64,000 nucleotides of DNA from Candidatus Binatia bacterium (GCA_038245295.1 JBBRSP010000005.1:1-64000), one strand, 5' to 3'; shown: positions 51,498 through 62,023, counted from the stretch's first letter. Notes: generated from the sequence alone by a model not told the origin. Numbers and translations are program-made.

Positions 51498-52202
51498 TCA
51501 GCGGGCGCTGACGAGCTCGAAGCGATACTCGATGCGACCGCGCAAGGGCGTATGCTGCATCGGCGGAAGACGGAAACGACTGCGTCGTGCCGCAACGATC
51601 GCCTCATTATCCAGTGAGTCGTGGCCTGACGAGCGGGCGATCTGGGCGCTGTCGACTTTGCCGTCGGCGAGCAGAATCAACTCGACATCGACGCTGCCGT
51701 TCCAACCGCGGCGGCGGGCGATGAGCGGGTAGTCGGGCTCCGGGCAGGATTCGCAGAAGGGCCGTTGATCGCCCCCCCCTGAGCCTTTGCCTCCGCCCAT
51801 GCCCTCGCCCCCGCCCCCGGGTGCGCCGGCAGCGACGGCTACCGCGCCGCCCGACGCGCCATCGCCGTCGGCGGCCGCCGGCGCCGCAACGGGCTCGACC
51901 GCTGCGGGCAGCGGCGACCGTTGGCGCAACATTCGCGACGCGTGTGGTATGCGGGCTGGTCGCTGGCGCGGCGCGACGGGAGCAGCGACGATCGTGGTCT
52001 GTTGTTGCGACGTCGGCGCGCTGGCCGGCTTTCCGTCGCCCGCTGGCTCGGGACCTGGCCCCGACGGAGGCAGAAACGAGATGCGGATCGGCGCAGCGGT
52101 ATCCCAGGCCGGCAGATTCGCCCCGCCGAGGGCAACGAGCAACCAGGCGTGCGCACCAATGGCGAACAGCGCCGGCAGAACCAACGCGCGTTTGCGCTGC
52201 AT
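51498..52202 (-). CDS. tonB: Energy transducer TonB
   Basis: N-terminal TM with His, Pro/Gly-rich linker, PDYPLIARRRGWNGSV...SSGHDSLDNEA; alternative start at 52241. Confidence 0.85.
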   Translation of the reverse strand: MQRKRALVLPALFAIGAHAWLLVALGGANLPAWDTAAPIRISFLPPSGPGPEPAGDGKPASAPTSQQQTTIVAAPVAPRQRPARIPHASRMLRQRSPLPAAVEPVAAPAAADGDGASGGAVAVAAGAPGGGGEGMGGGKGSGGGDQRPFCESCPEPDYPLIARRRGWNGSVDVELILLADGKVDSAQIARSSGHDSLDNEAIVAARRSRFRLPPMQHTPLRGRIEYRFELVSAR

Positions 52203-52333
52203 CGGAACAAGAGAAGGTCTGTTGACGTCGGTTCGCCGCATCGTCTCCGCCTGTCGGCAAACGCAATCGAGGTGGAATTGGCGAGACAACAAACCCGACC
52301 TGCTTCCCCTCGAAGCGAAAGTGCCGAACGTGA

Positions 52334-52495
52334 TCAGGCAGGTCTCCTGGCTTGGGGATCATCCGATTGCCGCACCTTCCCACTCGTTTCCGAGCAGTGG
52401 CATTCCGCGGCGCTCGTCCCCCCACACAGTTGCGGGGCAGCGGGGGCTTCTAACCCCCTTCCCTCTTGGCCCACTACGTGGGACCCGATCGCTTG
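52334..52495 (-). ncRNA. Cobalamin riboswitch 1 (upstream of tonB)
   Basis: Minus strand AGAGGGAAGGGG...CCCGCTGCCCCGCAACTGT...GCCACTG...GGGAAGG...AGCCAGGAGACCTGCC. Confidence 0.92.
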
Positions 52496-52593
52496 CCGTG
52501 ATACGGCTCGGCAGGATTCAAGTCAATGACAGTCCGCAGTAGGTGGAGTCTCAGTTTTACCTGTTAGCGGCTGGCGGGTGATGGATCCCATCG

Positions 52594-52685
52594 CGGAGCG
52601 CGCCACTCCACGGCGCCCATCGCTGGAATCCAAACCCGTAGCGCGCAAGGTTCCGTCTGCGGGCGCCACGGAGTGGCGCGCTCCG
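52594..52685. repeat. REPIN-like inverted pair (25-bp arms, 23/25 matching)
   Basis: cggagcgcgccactccacggcgccc ... gggcgccacggagtggcgcgctccg. Confidence 0.7.
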
Positions 52686-52763
52686 ATTCGAGACCTTTGG
52701 CTCGCGGGGCGGGGTTGCCGGCCGACTTGCCCTCGGGGATTCTTCCTGCCATCGAGGGCCGCC

Positions 52764-53324
52764 ATGATCGTCATCGTCTACGGCTATGAGGGATCGGGAG
52801 AGCAACATTGGCAACGCTGGTTGCTGCGTCAGCTGCAGGCGCGCGGCATTGCGGCGACGTTGCCCGAGCTGCCCGAGCCGCTTGCGCCGGACAAGGACAC
52901 CTGGGTGGCGGAGTTGGCCCGCCTCGTCGAGTCGTCACCTACCCCTGTCACCTTGATTTGTCATTCGCTCGGCTGCTGGGCAGTCGACCATCTGCTGGCA
53001 AAGCGCGGGACCCACAACATCGCGCGTGCCCTGCTGGTTGCTCCGCCGTCGCCATTCTTGATCTTCGAAGCGGTCGACACCTTCCTGCCGCCGCCATGCC
53101 GCGCCGACGCCTGGGCACCGATCGCGGCGCGCTCTCTCCTGGTCAGTGGCGACAACGACGAATTCAGCGGTGACGGTGAGCTGCAAGAGATTGCGATACA
53201 ACTGGGCCTCGGATTCAAGCTGGTCCCCGACGCCGGGCACATCAACACGGCGAGCGGCTACGGACCGTGGCCCTTCGCTCTCGAGTGGGCGACCGCGATA
53301 CGCGAGTCGGGAGTTGAGAGTTGA
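52764..53324 (+). CDS. RBBP9/YdeN-family alpha/beta hydrolase
   Basis: HWQRWL, CHSLGC nucleophile motif, LVAPP, DND, AGHIN..SGYGPW. Confidence 0.9.
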   Translation: MIVIVYGYEGSGEQHWQRWLLRQLQARGIAATLPELPEPLAPDKDTWVAELARLVESSPTPVTLICHSLGCWAVDHLLAKRGTHNIARALLVAPPSPFLIFEAVDTFLPPPCRADAWAPIAARSLLVSGDNDEFSGDGELQEIAIQLGLGFKLVPDAGHINTASGYGPWPFALEWATAIRESGVES

Positions 53325-53347
53325 CCCCCATGTGACAAAAAGACCTC

Positions 53348-53492
53348 ACCGCAGAGGCGCAGAGCGCGCAGAGGCCAGGCGTGTGAATGCCCGGCGGTGT
53401 CCGTTCCCCCTGGTTTATTTTGGATGATGTTTGCTTTCCTCGTGCGGTACGCGCTTTTGGCGGCGCTCTCTGCGGCCCTGCGCCTCTGCGGT
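53348..53492. repeat. Inverted CACCGCAGAG..GCAGAG-type intergenic repeat
   Basis: accgcagaggcgcag ... ctgcgcctctgcggt (15-bp perfect arms). Confidence 0.7.
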
Positions 53493-53558
53493 TAAGAATG
53501 CGATGTCAGATCATGGTTGAGAGTTTACGGCGCGGCGGATTCCCCCATTCCGACCGCC

Positions 53559-54197
53559 TCAAGGTGAACCCAGCCGCGCCACCAGCTGACCTACGTCCTC
53601 CGACTCACAAAGCAGCGAACCCAGGACGACCGCGTCGACGATGCCGCGCAGCGCTTCGCAATCGGCGAGCGCCCCGATCTCGTCCAGCCACACCACCGTC
53701 TGACCGCGTGGCACGAGGGGTGCGATATGGCGTTGTGACAAGCGAATGCCGACGGCAACCTGCGGGCGCGCCGGGACGGCGGTAAGATCGCTCGCCTGGG
53801 CAACTTCCACCACGGCGGCCATGTGCATCGAGCCGGCCAGCGCGAGGAGATCTTGCGTCGCATCGGCACCAAGGTGCGCCGCCGGCAACAACACCGCGTC
53901 GGCCTGATGCAGGCGCGCGTAGTACACTTGATTGGCCTCGAGGAGCGGTAGATCCCAGAATAGCGGCGCCGTAACCGAGGCGGCGACGGTCCTACCCACA
54001 CTCAGATCGTCGAGCGCCAGGGCCGCCACCTCGGCGTCGTCCCATGCCATCGCACGCGCGATGAGTTCCGCTTCGTCGCCCGGAGGCAGCTTGGCGATCA
54101 CCGCCAAGCCTCGACGCTGTGTTGCGACGTACTGTGAGAAGTCGCGGCGGCTCGGCGTCAGCTCGCTGACCCGCACGGTGTCGAGAGTGCGCGCCAT
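53559..54197 (-). CDS. Divergent indole-3-glycerol-phosphate synthase (TrpC)-like TIM barrel
   Basis: RRDF, QVYYARLHQADAVLL, MAAVVEV, VDAVVLGSLL; catalytic motifs appear absent. Confidence 0.6.
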   Translation of the reverse strand: MARTLDTVRVSELTPSRRDFSQYVATQRRGLAVIAKLPPGDEAELIARAMAWDDAEVAALALDDLSVGRTVAASVTAPLFWDLPLLEANQVYYARLHQADAVLLPAAHLGADATQDLLALAGSMHMAAVVEVAQASDLTAVPARPQVAVGIRLSQRHIAPLVPRGQTVVWLDEIGALADCEALRGIVDAVVLGSLLCESEDVGQLVARLGSP

Positions 54198-54235
54198 GGC
54201 GGCGCTGCGTTGCCACCTGTCCACGCGATCACACC

Positions 54236-55699
54236 TCAGTAGCTTGCGTCGACGCGCAAGATTCGCGTCCCGCGGCGGATCACCCAGGAAACCGTATCGG
54301 GTGCCAGGAACTCCGGTCCCCACAACACGTCGTCAAACGAGGCCCGACTATCCCCGTCGATCACCAGAACGCCGCGCTTACCGCGCTTACCTTCCCAAGC
54401 AACGTGTTTGCCGTCGGGTGTGATGCGCGGACGCCAGATCTCGACGTATCGCATAGCGAAGTAGCGACCGTGCAAATAGACGTGCCAGCCGTCCTCGCTA
54501 TTGTCCGTGGACGCCGCGTACGCAATGCGACTGCCGTTGTCGGAAAAACCGATGCCGTAGACGTTGTAGTACGTCCCGAGGACGGTCTCGTCGTACATCA
54601 TGTCGAGCTTGCTCTCGACACCGACGCCCGGCACAGTCTGCGGGCACTGGTAGGCGATATGGGCGCCGTCATCGGACAAGAAGGCTGGGCTCCCCTCCCA
54701 GAAGTGGGCACATGTCTTTTGCATCGGGACACCATCGCGCATGATGCGCCAGTGCGTCTCCTCGCCTGGAATCCTCTCCCACCAGGCACCGATGGGGGCC
54801 TTCTCGGCAGTCCCGAACCAGCTCGCAACGATGGCCGGCTGCGAGCGGAACGTCTGACCGAAATCAAAATTCACACCGCCGCGCGTCGAACGGTAGCTGC
54901 CATACGTGGCCAGGCGGGTCCCGTCACGGTACACAGCCCATCCATCCCGATCCTGAGCCATGAACAGGAGGCTGCCGTTACTGAGATACTTGAGCATGAA
55001 GACCTGAGCCAGACTCGGCGGGCTATCGCCTTGGGTCATCGCCGCGGCGCTCGGGACTTCGGGCTTTTCGAAGGACCATTTCACCGCGCCATCGATGATC
55101 AGCCGGAACGAGTCGTCGTCCTGCTGCGCGATGTAGGCAACGTGCCTGTTGTCGGGGCTGAACACGGGCCAGGTAACATCTTTATGGGTGCCAACGATCT
55201 TGCCGTCGACGATCACCCGCGCCTTGGGGCGCGCGTTGCTATCGTCGCCGGACGCAACTGCCCCTGCGGTAGCCCAGTGCTCACCGTCGTCGGAGAAGAA
55301 TATCTCGCTACCTTTGACAAACCCCGGAGTGATACGTTCGCCATTGGCAATCAGTGCCAGGTCGGCGGCGCCGGTCTTGGGATCGCCCCCCCAGTAGAAG
55401 AGCGTGTTCGATTTCTGGGCGATCTGGGGCGGCGCGACTTCCGGGAAAAATGGCCCGCGTTGGCCGCGGAAAACGACCCGTTGCCCATCCAGGGAGCGCT
55501 CCACGAAGGCAACTTCGTTGCCGTCGGTGGTGACCGCGAAGGCGTGTTTCTTGAAGTTCGCTGGCATCGTTGCCAACGTGCGAGTCTTCACGGTGGCGCC
55601 GGCGTAGAGCGGGACCGTCACGCTAGCCGCCGCAACGGCAACAGCAACGACGCCGTGCCGGAATGACCCCTGCATCATCATCCTCCGATTGAAATTCAC
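54236..55699 (-). CDS. Secreted TolB/WD40-like beta-propeller protein
   Basis: Signal peptide; repeated FSxDGxHxAY and VIVDG units. Confidence 0.75.
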   Translation of the reverse strand: MNFNRRMMMQGSFRHGVVAVAVAAASVTVPLYAGATVKTRTLATMPANFKKHAFAVTTDGNEVAFVERSLDGQRVVFRGQRGPFFPEVAPPQIAQKSNTLFYWGGDPKTGAADLALIANGERITPGFVKGSEIFFSDDGEHWATAGAVASGDDSNARPKARVIVDGKIVGTHKDVTWPVFSPDNRHVAYIAQQDDDSFRLIIDGAVKWSFEKPEVPSAAAMTQGDSPPSLAQVFMLKYLSNGSLLFMAQDRDGWAVYRDGTRLATYGSYRSTRGGVNFDFGQTFRSQPAIVASWFGTAEKAPIGAWWERIPGEETHWRIMRDGVPMQKTCAHFWEGSPAFLSDDGAHIAYQCPQTVPGVGVESKLDMMYDETVLGTYYNVYGIGFSDNGSRIAYAASTDNSEDGWHVYLHGRYFAMRYVEIWRPRITPDGKHVAWEGKRGKRGVLVIDGDSRASFDDVLWGPEFLAPDTVSWVIRRGTRILRVDASY

Positions 55700-57189
55700 A
55701 CGGAATGCTGAGCGCGCGGAACGACCGCAAGCGCGACACCGTTCTTGCCACGCCGTTTCACCGAATACATCGCGGTGTCAGCGACCCGAAACAGGGTCTC
55801 GGCGGTACCGGCATGCTCCGGAAACGTCGCAACACCGACGCTGGCCGTAACACCGCTCAGGTCGACCTCACGATCATCGAGCGTCTCCGCCGCTTCGATA
55901 CCGGCGCGAATTGTCTCCGCCACACCGAGAGCCGTATGTGCGTCGGTGTTGGGTAGGATCACCACAAACTCGTCGCCGCCGAAACGGGCCGCGATGTCTC
56001 CGGGACGCAGCAGATGTTTGATCACCTTGCCGGCGTAGGTGATCGCCTGGCTGCCGATCAGATGGCCGTAGGTGTCGACCACGGCCTTGAAGTTGTCGAG
56101 ATCGAGGATGATCAGCGACAGTGGGCGTCCCTGTTGAATCAGCAGCGGCAGTTGGCGGTTGAAGAAACGCGTATTGTGCAAGCCGGTGAGATCATCGGTG
56201 ATCGAGGCGGCATAGGCCTGACGATACAGGGAAGCGTTTTCGATGGCGATCGCCGCGTGGTCGGCGAGCGTCTGCGCAATGCGCAGTTCGTCGTCGCTGA
56301 ATGCCCCACCGTTCATCTTGTTGATAACCTGGACGACACCCAAGAGCGTCCCCTTGCTGAGCATCGGCACGCAGAGCATCGTTTTGGGCGTGAACTTGGT
56401 CTGCGCCGCGATGTCGGGATAGTAGCGCGGGTCCTTGGTTACATCGTCGAGGCGCACCGCTTGCCGTGTGCGCGCCACCCAACCGGCAATTCCCTGGTCG
56501 CATCGGATGCGCACGCCATCAATCAATCCCGAGTGCAGAGTTCGCGAGGCGCGGAAGACGAGGTCCTCTCCGTTACCGTCGTAGAGCAACAAGGACGAGG
56601 CCTCACTCGGCACCGCTGCGGCGACTTCATTCAGCAAATCACCCAGCAGCCGCTGATCGTTAATCGTCGCCGCGTCCATACGCTCGCCAAGATCGACGGC
56701 GACACCCTCGAGGTTTTCGCGATCCTGTTGGCTGAACGCCAATCCATCATAACGGTTGATCACTTCGAGAACACCAATCACCTGGCCCTCGCGCCGCACG
56801 GGAACGGCCAGGATGCTCTGGGTGGCGAACTTCGACTCGCGATCGATGGCGTTGTAGAAGCGCGGATCCTCGGCGACGTTATTGACGATAGCGCTCTGGC
56901 CGGTGCGTGCCACCCAGGTGGCAATGCCCTGGTTCGACGGCACGCGTTTGCCCACCAACGTATTCTCGCGCAGCGTCTCGGTCGCAGCGAACACGAGCTC
57001 GTCGCGTTCTCCATCGTACAAGAGCAGGGACAAGCCTTCCGCCTGAGTGAGGATCTTCATTCGATCCAGGACAATGCGCAGAACATCGGGAAGTTCGAGC
57101 TCGGAGGTCAGCGTCTTGATGAGCTCGTTCGTTACACTGATCTCGCGCAGGCGTTGCTCGAGCAGGCGGTCAAAATCCGAATTGCTCAT
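55696..57189 (-). CDS. Diguanylate cyclase with two GAF domains
   Basis: Two GIAxWVARTxQ GAF repeats; DDLTGL, DLDNFKAVVDTYGH, RPGD I-site, GGDEF. Confidence 0.93.
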   Translation of the reverse strand: MSNSDFDRLLEQRLREISVTNELIKTLTSELELPDVLRIVLDRMKILTQAEGLSLLLYDGERDELVFAATETLRENTLVGKRVPSNQGIATWVARTGQSAIVNNVAEDPRFYNAIDRESKFATQSILAVPVRREGQVIGVLEVINRYDGLAFSQQDRENLEGVAVDLGERMDAATINDQRLLGDLLNEVAAAVPSEASSLLLYDGNGEDLVFRASRTLHSGLIDGVRIRCDQGIAGWVARTRQAVRLDDVTKDPRYYPDIAAQTKFTPKTMLCVPMLSKGTLLGVVQVINKMNGGAFSDDELRIAQTLADHAAIAIENASLYRQAYAASITDDLTGLHNTRFFNRQLPLLIQQGRPLSLIILDLDNFKAVVDTYGHLIGSQAITYAGKVIKHLLRPGDIAARFGGDEFVVILPNTDAHTALGVAETIRAGIEAAETLDDREVDLSGVTASVGVATFPEHAGTAETLFRVADTAMYSVKRRGKNGVALAVVPRAQHSV

Positions 57190-57273
57190 GGTTTCTGCGC
57201 TGGCGTTAGCACACGCCCCTACGGTGGGGAAGCAGAAGTAGGCACCCCCGCAGGCTTCGCCCAGAAAAAGGGG

Positions 57274-58248
57274 TCAGGACCCTTTTGGCGGGAACCTCAG
57301 GCTCGACAACTTCCGCGTCGCCACGACGGTATAGATACGATTGATGCGGCCATCGGGCGTGGTGGTAAACGACAATGCCGCGCGCGGCGGTTCACCGGGG
57401 TGCTCGTCAGTGAACTCCACCACGATGCTCGGCAAGCCGTTAAGCATGCGTGGCTCGAAACGGGAGGAGTCCATGCGGCGTGTACCGATCTTGAAATGGA
57501 AGAGCGCGACACGAGCGGGGCCGTGGATCGGTTTGCGGGCGGCAAAGTACTCGCCCGCCCCATCGCTGATCGCCACGACGTCGTCGGTCAGCAGCTTCTC
57601 GATAGCGTGGATGTCCTGCGCGCCAAGCGCCGTCATGAACTCGGCGATGGCCTTACGAACATCGTCCTGCATGTCTCGCACCGGCCGCCGTGCCGAGTCA
57701 TACGCACTCATCGCCCGCCGCGCCCGTAGATGGGTGACCTTCGTATTCGACTCGCTGATGCCCAACGCCGCCGCCGTCTCGCGCACCGAATAATCGAAGA
57801 CGTCCATCAGCAACAACACCGCGCGCTGCCGTGGTGTCAACGCCTCGAGAGCACACAGAAACGCGTAGGACACACTCTCGAGGAGATCGTAACGGCCTTC
57901 CGTCGACACCCCACTGCCGAGCGTCGCCTCGATGCCCGGCGGCGACTCTTCTTCGGTATCGAGCGGCGACGGTAGCCACGGGCCGATGTACTTCTGGCGC
58001 TTGCGCCGCCGCAAAACATCACGCGCGACGTTCATGGCAACCCGCACGAGCCAAGGACGCCACGAGTTGCCGTCGCCCTGCGGCGTACTCTGGAGGGCAC
58101 GCACGAAGGTTTCCTGCAAGACGTCGTCGGCATCCGCGGCGCAACCGGTCATGCGGTAACACAGGCCCCAGAGAAAGCGGTGGTGTGTCTCGAACGCTTC
58201 GGCGTGCGCCGGGACAGCAGTATGCATGGCCCCCAGCCTAGCGCTCAT
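57274..58248 (-). CDS. ECF sigma factor, ECF41/SigJ-like with SnoaL-like C-terminal extension
   Basis: YRMTG..ADADDVLQE, YIGPWLPSP, LEALTPRQRAVLLL, DVVAISDGAG; ATGA overlap with the upstream gene. Confidence 0.88.
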   Translation of the reverse strand: MSARLGAMHTAVPAHAEAFETHHRFLWGLCYRMTGCAADADDVLQETFVRALQSTPQGDGNSWRPWLVRVAMNVARDVLRRRKRQKYIGPWLPSPLDTEEESPPGIEATLGSGVSTEGRYDLLESVSYAFLCALEALTPRQRAVLLLMDVFDYSVRETAAALGISESNTKVTHLRARRAMSAYDSARRPVRDMQDDVRKAIAEFMTALGAQDIHAIEKLLTDDVVAISDGAGEYFAARKPIHGPARVALFHFKIGTRRMDSSRFEPRMLNGLPSIVVEFTDEHPGEPPRAALSFTTTPDGRINRIYTVVATRKLSSLRFPPKGS

Positions 58249-59579
58249 GCGGCGCGGCGCACCATCCCGGCGCGCCCCTCGATGCGCTTGGCGACGGCGG
58301 CCGCGCTGGCAACCGAGGCATCGACCAGCAGGCCTTCGCCGCCCACCCAATCACCGGCCACATACAAGTTGGCGACGCCGGGGACTTCCGGACCGGGGCG
58401 ACCCGCCGTGCCGCGCTCAGCCGCCGTAACCAGCCGCGGATAGACCATCATATTCGGCAGAAATTGCTTTTCGACCAAGACATTGCGCCAGCCCGGCTGC
58501 ATCAGGTCGGCGACACCCTCCAACTCGCGCTCGATGACTTTTCCATCGAGCTTGTCGGTCGGCTCCAGGTAACGCGCGATATGAATCAACGCGCCTCCTG
58601 TCGGCGCCAGTTTGGCGGCGGCAGAATGCACCGAGAAATACAGCGGCCGATCGATACCGAGGGCGAACAACGCCTTGGGATCGGACAACGCCGACAAGCC
58701 GAGATCGAGACAGGCGGCCCGAATCGGCAGCGACTCCTCGCTCCAGCGTCGCACGATCACACACTTGGGTAGCGCCTCGGCCGCTTCGGCAGGCGGCACG
58801 GCGAGTACGGCGAACGAGCAGGGGATACGTTGCCCGGAGGCCAGGACAACCGCCTGCACGTGCGCGTCATGCTCGATCGCCACCACCCGTTCGCCGCTGC
58901 GAATCGTCGCGCCGGCTTGGCGTGCGGCACTACCGAGTGCGTCGACGATGGTTTGCCAGCCGCCGTCGAGGTATTCGACGCTGTCCTTGAATGCCATCTG
59001 CACCTGGCGCAAGGCGTGCCCGGCACTCTGCACGTCGGCGGCGTTGGCATAGGTGGAAAGGCGAATGAGGGCGCGAACGAGACGCCGCACTTCCTCGTGG
59101 CGCACCGCCTGGGCGAGCCACTCATTGACGCTCAAGCCCTGGATCGGCGCCGTGTCGATCTTCTGAATGTTGCCAAGCAGCTTGGCCAGCTCGAGCTTGG
59201 CCGGCAGATGCAGGAGCTTGGTTGTCAGGAGCGACACAAACCCAGCCGGTAACGTGTGGCGCTCGTTACCGAGGAGGCCATATCCGCCGGAAGGAGCGGG
59301 CAAGGAGCCGGAGAAGCGCAGGCCCATCTGGTCGAAGACGCGGCGCGCCGCGCCGCCGCGATACAGAGCGTGCGGACCGAGGTTAAACGAGAATCCCTGG
59401 CGTACCGTCGTCATCGCACGTCCACCCACGTGCGAGGAACGTTCGAATACCCCAACGGACAAGCCTTGACGTGCCAGCTGTGCCGCCGCCGTCAGACCCG
59501 CCACGCCGCTGCCGATCACGGCAACGTCTACCGCCGGCGCCGAATTTCCAGTTTCCGTCATGTGTACAACTCCCTTCAT
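58245..59579 (-). CDS. FAD-dependent oxidoreductase (phytoene dehydrogenase-like)
   Basis: VIGSGVAGL, GGRA, FNLGPHALY, LYVAGDWVG. Confidence 0.88.
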   Translation of the reverse strand: MKGVVHMTETGNSAPAVDVAVIGSGVAGLTAAAQLARQGLSVGVFERSSHVGGRAMTTVRQGFSFNLGPHALYRGGAARRVFDQMGLRFSGSLPAPSGGYGLLGNERHTLPAGFVSLLTTKLLHLPAKLELAKLLGNIQKIDTAPIQGLSVNEWLAQAVRHEEVRRLVRALIRLSTYANAADVQSAGHALRQVQMAFKDSVEYLDGGWQTIVDALGSAARQAGATIRSGERVVAIEHDAHVQAVVLASGQRIPCSFAVLAVPPAEAAEALPKCVIVRRWSEESLPIRAACLDLGLSALSDPKALFALGIDRPLYFSVHSAAAKLAPTGGALIHIARYLEPTDKLDGKVIERELEGVADLMQPGWRNVLVEKQFLPNMMVYPRLVTAAERGTAGRPGPEVPGVANLYVAGDWVGGEGLLVDASVASAAAVAKRIEGRAGMVRRAA

Positions 59580-59762
59580 GCCCTGAACACGCCGCAGCCG
59601 GTGGAATGGTTACACCAGTCGACGGAAGACGTTCTCCACGGACGCAGTCGGCGTGCCCTCACGCCGCCCAAGATGGATCCGCAAACCGCGGGCTGAGAAC
59701 GACCCGACTCCGTCCGGAGAGATTTCACTGGACACCCTGGTCAAACCAGCTAAGCGTCACAC

Positions 59763-60401
59763 ATGCGTTTGAGGCCGAAAGAACCCTTCAACAGTTTCTC
59801 GCATGCGTTCGGTTGTTTGTTGTCGATCTTCGCTCTCGTCATTCTCCTGTGGCGTGTCGACCACAACCCGTTCCAAGGGATCGGCTATCTCGTGTACGGG
59901 CTCAGCCTGGTCGTTCTGTACGCCGCCAGTGCAACGTTCCATGGCCTGCACGTGTCACCGCGGGTCGAGGAATGGTTGCGGCGTTTCGACCACATGGCGA
60001 TCTTCCTTCTCATTGCCGGCTCCTACACGCCGATCTGCCTGGTCACCCTGGGGCAGCGCAGTGGCGGCACCTTGTGCGCCCTCGTCTGGGGAATCGCGGC
60101 AGCCGGCATCTTCCTGAAACTCTTCTTCCCATTTGTACCCAATTGGATCAGCGCAGCGATCTATCTCGGCATGGGTTGGATGGCGGTGATCGAGATCGTG
60201 CCCCTGACACAAACCCTGCCTCTACCCGCCTTGCTGTGGCTCTTCGGCGGTGGCTTGGCCTATTCCGCCGGCGCCGTGATCTACGCTCTCGAACGACCCG
60301 ATCCGTATCCATTGGTCTTCGGGCACCACGAGATCTTCCACATCTTCGTTCTCGCCGGCAGCGCCCTGCATTTCGTATTCATCATGCGATACGTCGCTTG
60401 A
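59763..60401 (+). CDS. Hemolysin III / PAQR-family membrane protein (TrhA-like)
   Basis: EPFNSFSH, SATFH, DHMAIFLLIAGSYTP, HEIFHIFV. Confidence 0.92.
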   Translation: MRLRPKEPFNSFSHAFGCLLSIFALVILLWRVDHNPFQGIGYLVYGLSLVVLYAASATFHGLHVSPRVEEWLRRFDHMAIFLLIAGSYTPICLVTLGQRSGGTLCALVWGIAAAGIFLKLFFPFVPNWISAAIYLGMGWMAVIEIVPLTQTLPLPALLWLFGGGLAYSAGAVIYALERPDPYPLVFGHHEIFHIFVLAGSALHFVFIMRYVA

Positions 60402-60458
60402 TCGCCCCAACATCGTTGACATCACCAAACGTCGCGGCTATCCGCAGACGTCCGTTGC

Positions 60459-60532
<74 letters not shown>

Positions 60533-60542
60533 CTCTCGGAAG

Positions 60543-60575
60543 GCCCCGCAAGTTAACTACTTGCGGGGCTTTTTC
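60543..60575 (+). terminator. Intrinsic terminator after the tRNA
   Basis: gccccgcaagt-taact-acttgcggggc followed by a T run. Confidence 0.8.
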
Positions 60576-60675
60576 GCATTCCCCGATAACACCGTTCTCC
60601 GACCTGGGTGCAGCTGGGGGGTGAGTCGGTGTGGGCTGGCGCCTAAACGGAGTGTAGGTTCTCGATCTTTTGTCC

Positions 60676-61345
60676 TCAACGGATCAGCGCGCACCGGATC
60701 GGCTGCGCGGGCCGCCGAGCGAACATCCGCAGCAGGATGAGGCAGCCCATCACGAACGAGAGCGTGATCGCCGACCCGAGGACCGTGAGGCGCGCCATCG
60801 CCGCGAGCGGGAGGAGCAGCAGGTACGCAAGCGACGCGATCACCGCGTCCCAGACCGCGACCGCGACCGCGCTGCGGAGATACGGCACTTCGAGGACTCC
60901 GCGCCAGTGCAGGCGCACGTTCTGCGCGAAGCCGTGCGACCAGCGCTTCAGTTGGCACGACATGAAACGGAAGTCGTGCGGCTCGATCGGATAGAGAGGC
61001 ATCCGATGTAGCAGCCGCGCTCCCAGATCGTCTTCACGGCGCGCGGCAGCACAACGCCGCACACGGCGCCGATGCCGGGCCGACGCAGCGACGGTAGGAT
61101 CAGTTCCATCGCGTTCGGCGCGAGCGTCGTGTCCGCGTCGATCGTCATCGTGTACGGCGTCGTGACGTAGTCGAGCCCGAACGTCTGCGCGCCGGCCTTC
61201 GAGCCGGTGTTCTTCGGCGGACGCACGACGCGGGCGCCGGGGGGGCGCGGGCAACGTCGGATGTCGCGTCGGTCGAGCCGTCGTCGACGACGATTACCTC
61301 GTCGGGCGGCAGGGCAGACACTTCTGTGGCCGGCCTCGCACAATC
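60676..61345 (-). pseudogene. Degraded family 2 glycosyltransferase
   Basis: EVIVVDDGSTD, NTGSKAGAQ, IDADT and QLKRWSHGF fragments split across different frames with internal deletions. Confidence 0.78.
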
Positions 61346-61608
61346 ACGTCGGTCGGATGGTTGCATACGCCGCAGTCATGCCGCTCGACGTAGCGGACGT
61401 CGCATTGTCGCGCGCCAGCGACCAGGTCCGCGGTGCCGTGTCGGTGCGCGAAGGCGTGCGTCTCGTTGCAAGCGACCTCCAGAAGAGGCCCTTGCCGCCA
61501 TTGCTCGAGCAACGGTGCCAACGGCGCGGTGTACAGGTACTCACATCGTCGCCAGCCGCAGGCGCCGCTCACTCGGCAGGGACGTTGCCGGCGGGCCGGC
61601 TGGATCGG

Positions 61609-61929
61609 CTAGTAGCCCCTCACCAGCGTACACCACTCGCCGACAATGTTCAGAAAGTTCCTCGCTGAGTGGTCGACACTGGAGACCTCGGTAATCCCGC
61701 CGCTCTCCTTCGCCGCACGGACGCTGGCGTCCCCCCGGGCGATCAGGCCGAGGATAGACTCAGCGCAGGCTTTACCCTGCTTCATGGTATTGGGTGGAGC
61801 GGGCTTTCCGGCTACATCGCCCCAAATTACTTCGGTGCCGAGGACACCCTTGATGGGTGACTCGACGATCATGCAGCCGCTGAGACCGACGACCAGCGCC
61901 GTCAAACCGAGTACCAAGACTGTTCGCAT
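61609..61929 (-). CDS. TRL-like family lipoprotein
   Basis: GGAGG RBS, lipobox LSGC, GKACAESILGLIARGDASVRAAKESGGI..VD...CTLVRG. Confidence 0.85.
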   Translation of the reverse strand: MRTVLVLGLTALVVGLSGCMIVESPIKGVLGTEVIWGDVAGKPAPPNTMKQGKACAESILGLIARGDASVRAAKESGGITEVSSVDHSARNFLNIVGEWCTLVRGY

Positions 61930-62023
61930 AAGAATTCAACCTCCCCTTTTTGCACTAGTCTGACAAAGGCATTTGGCTCGGACTACGATACGAACGCTAG
62001 TCCGCACTAATACGCGCGTAGAA

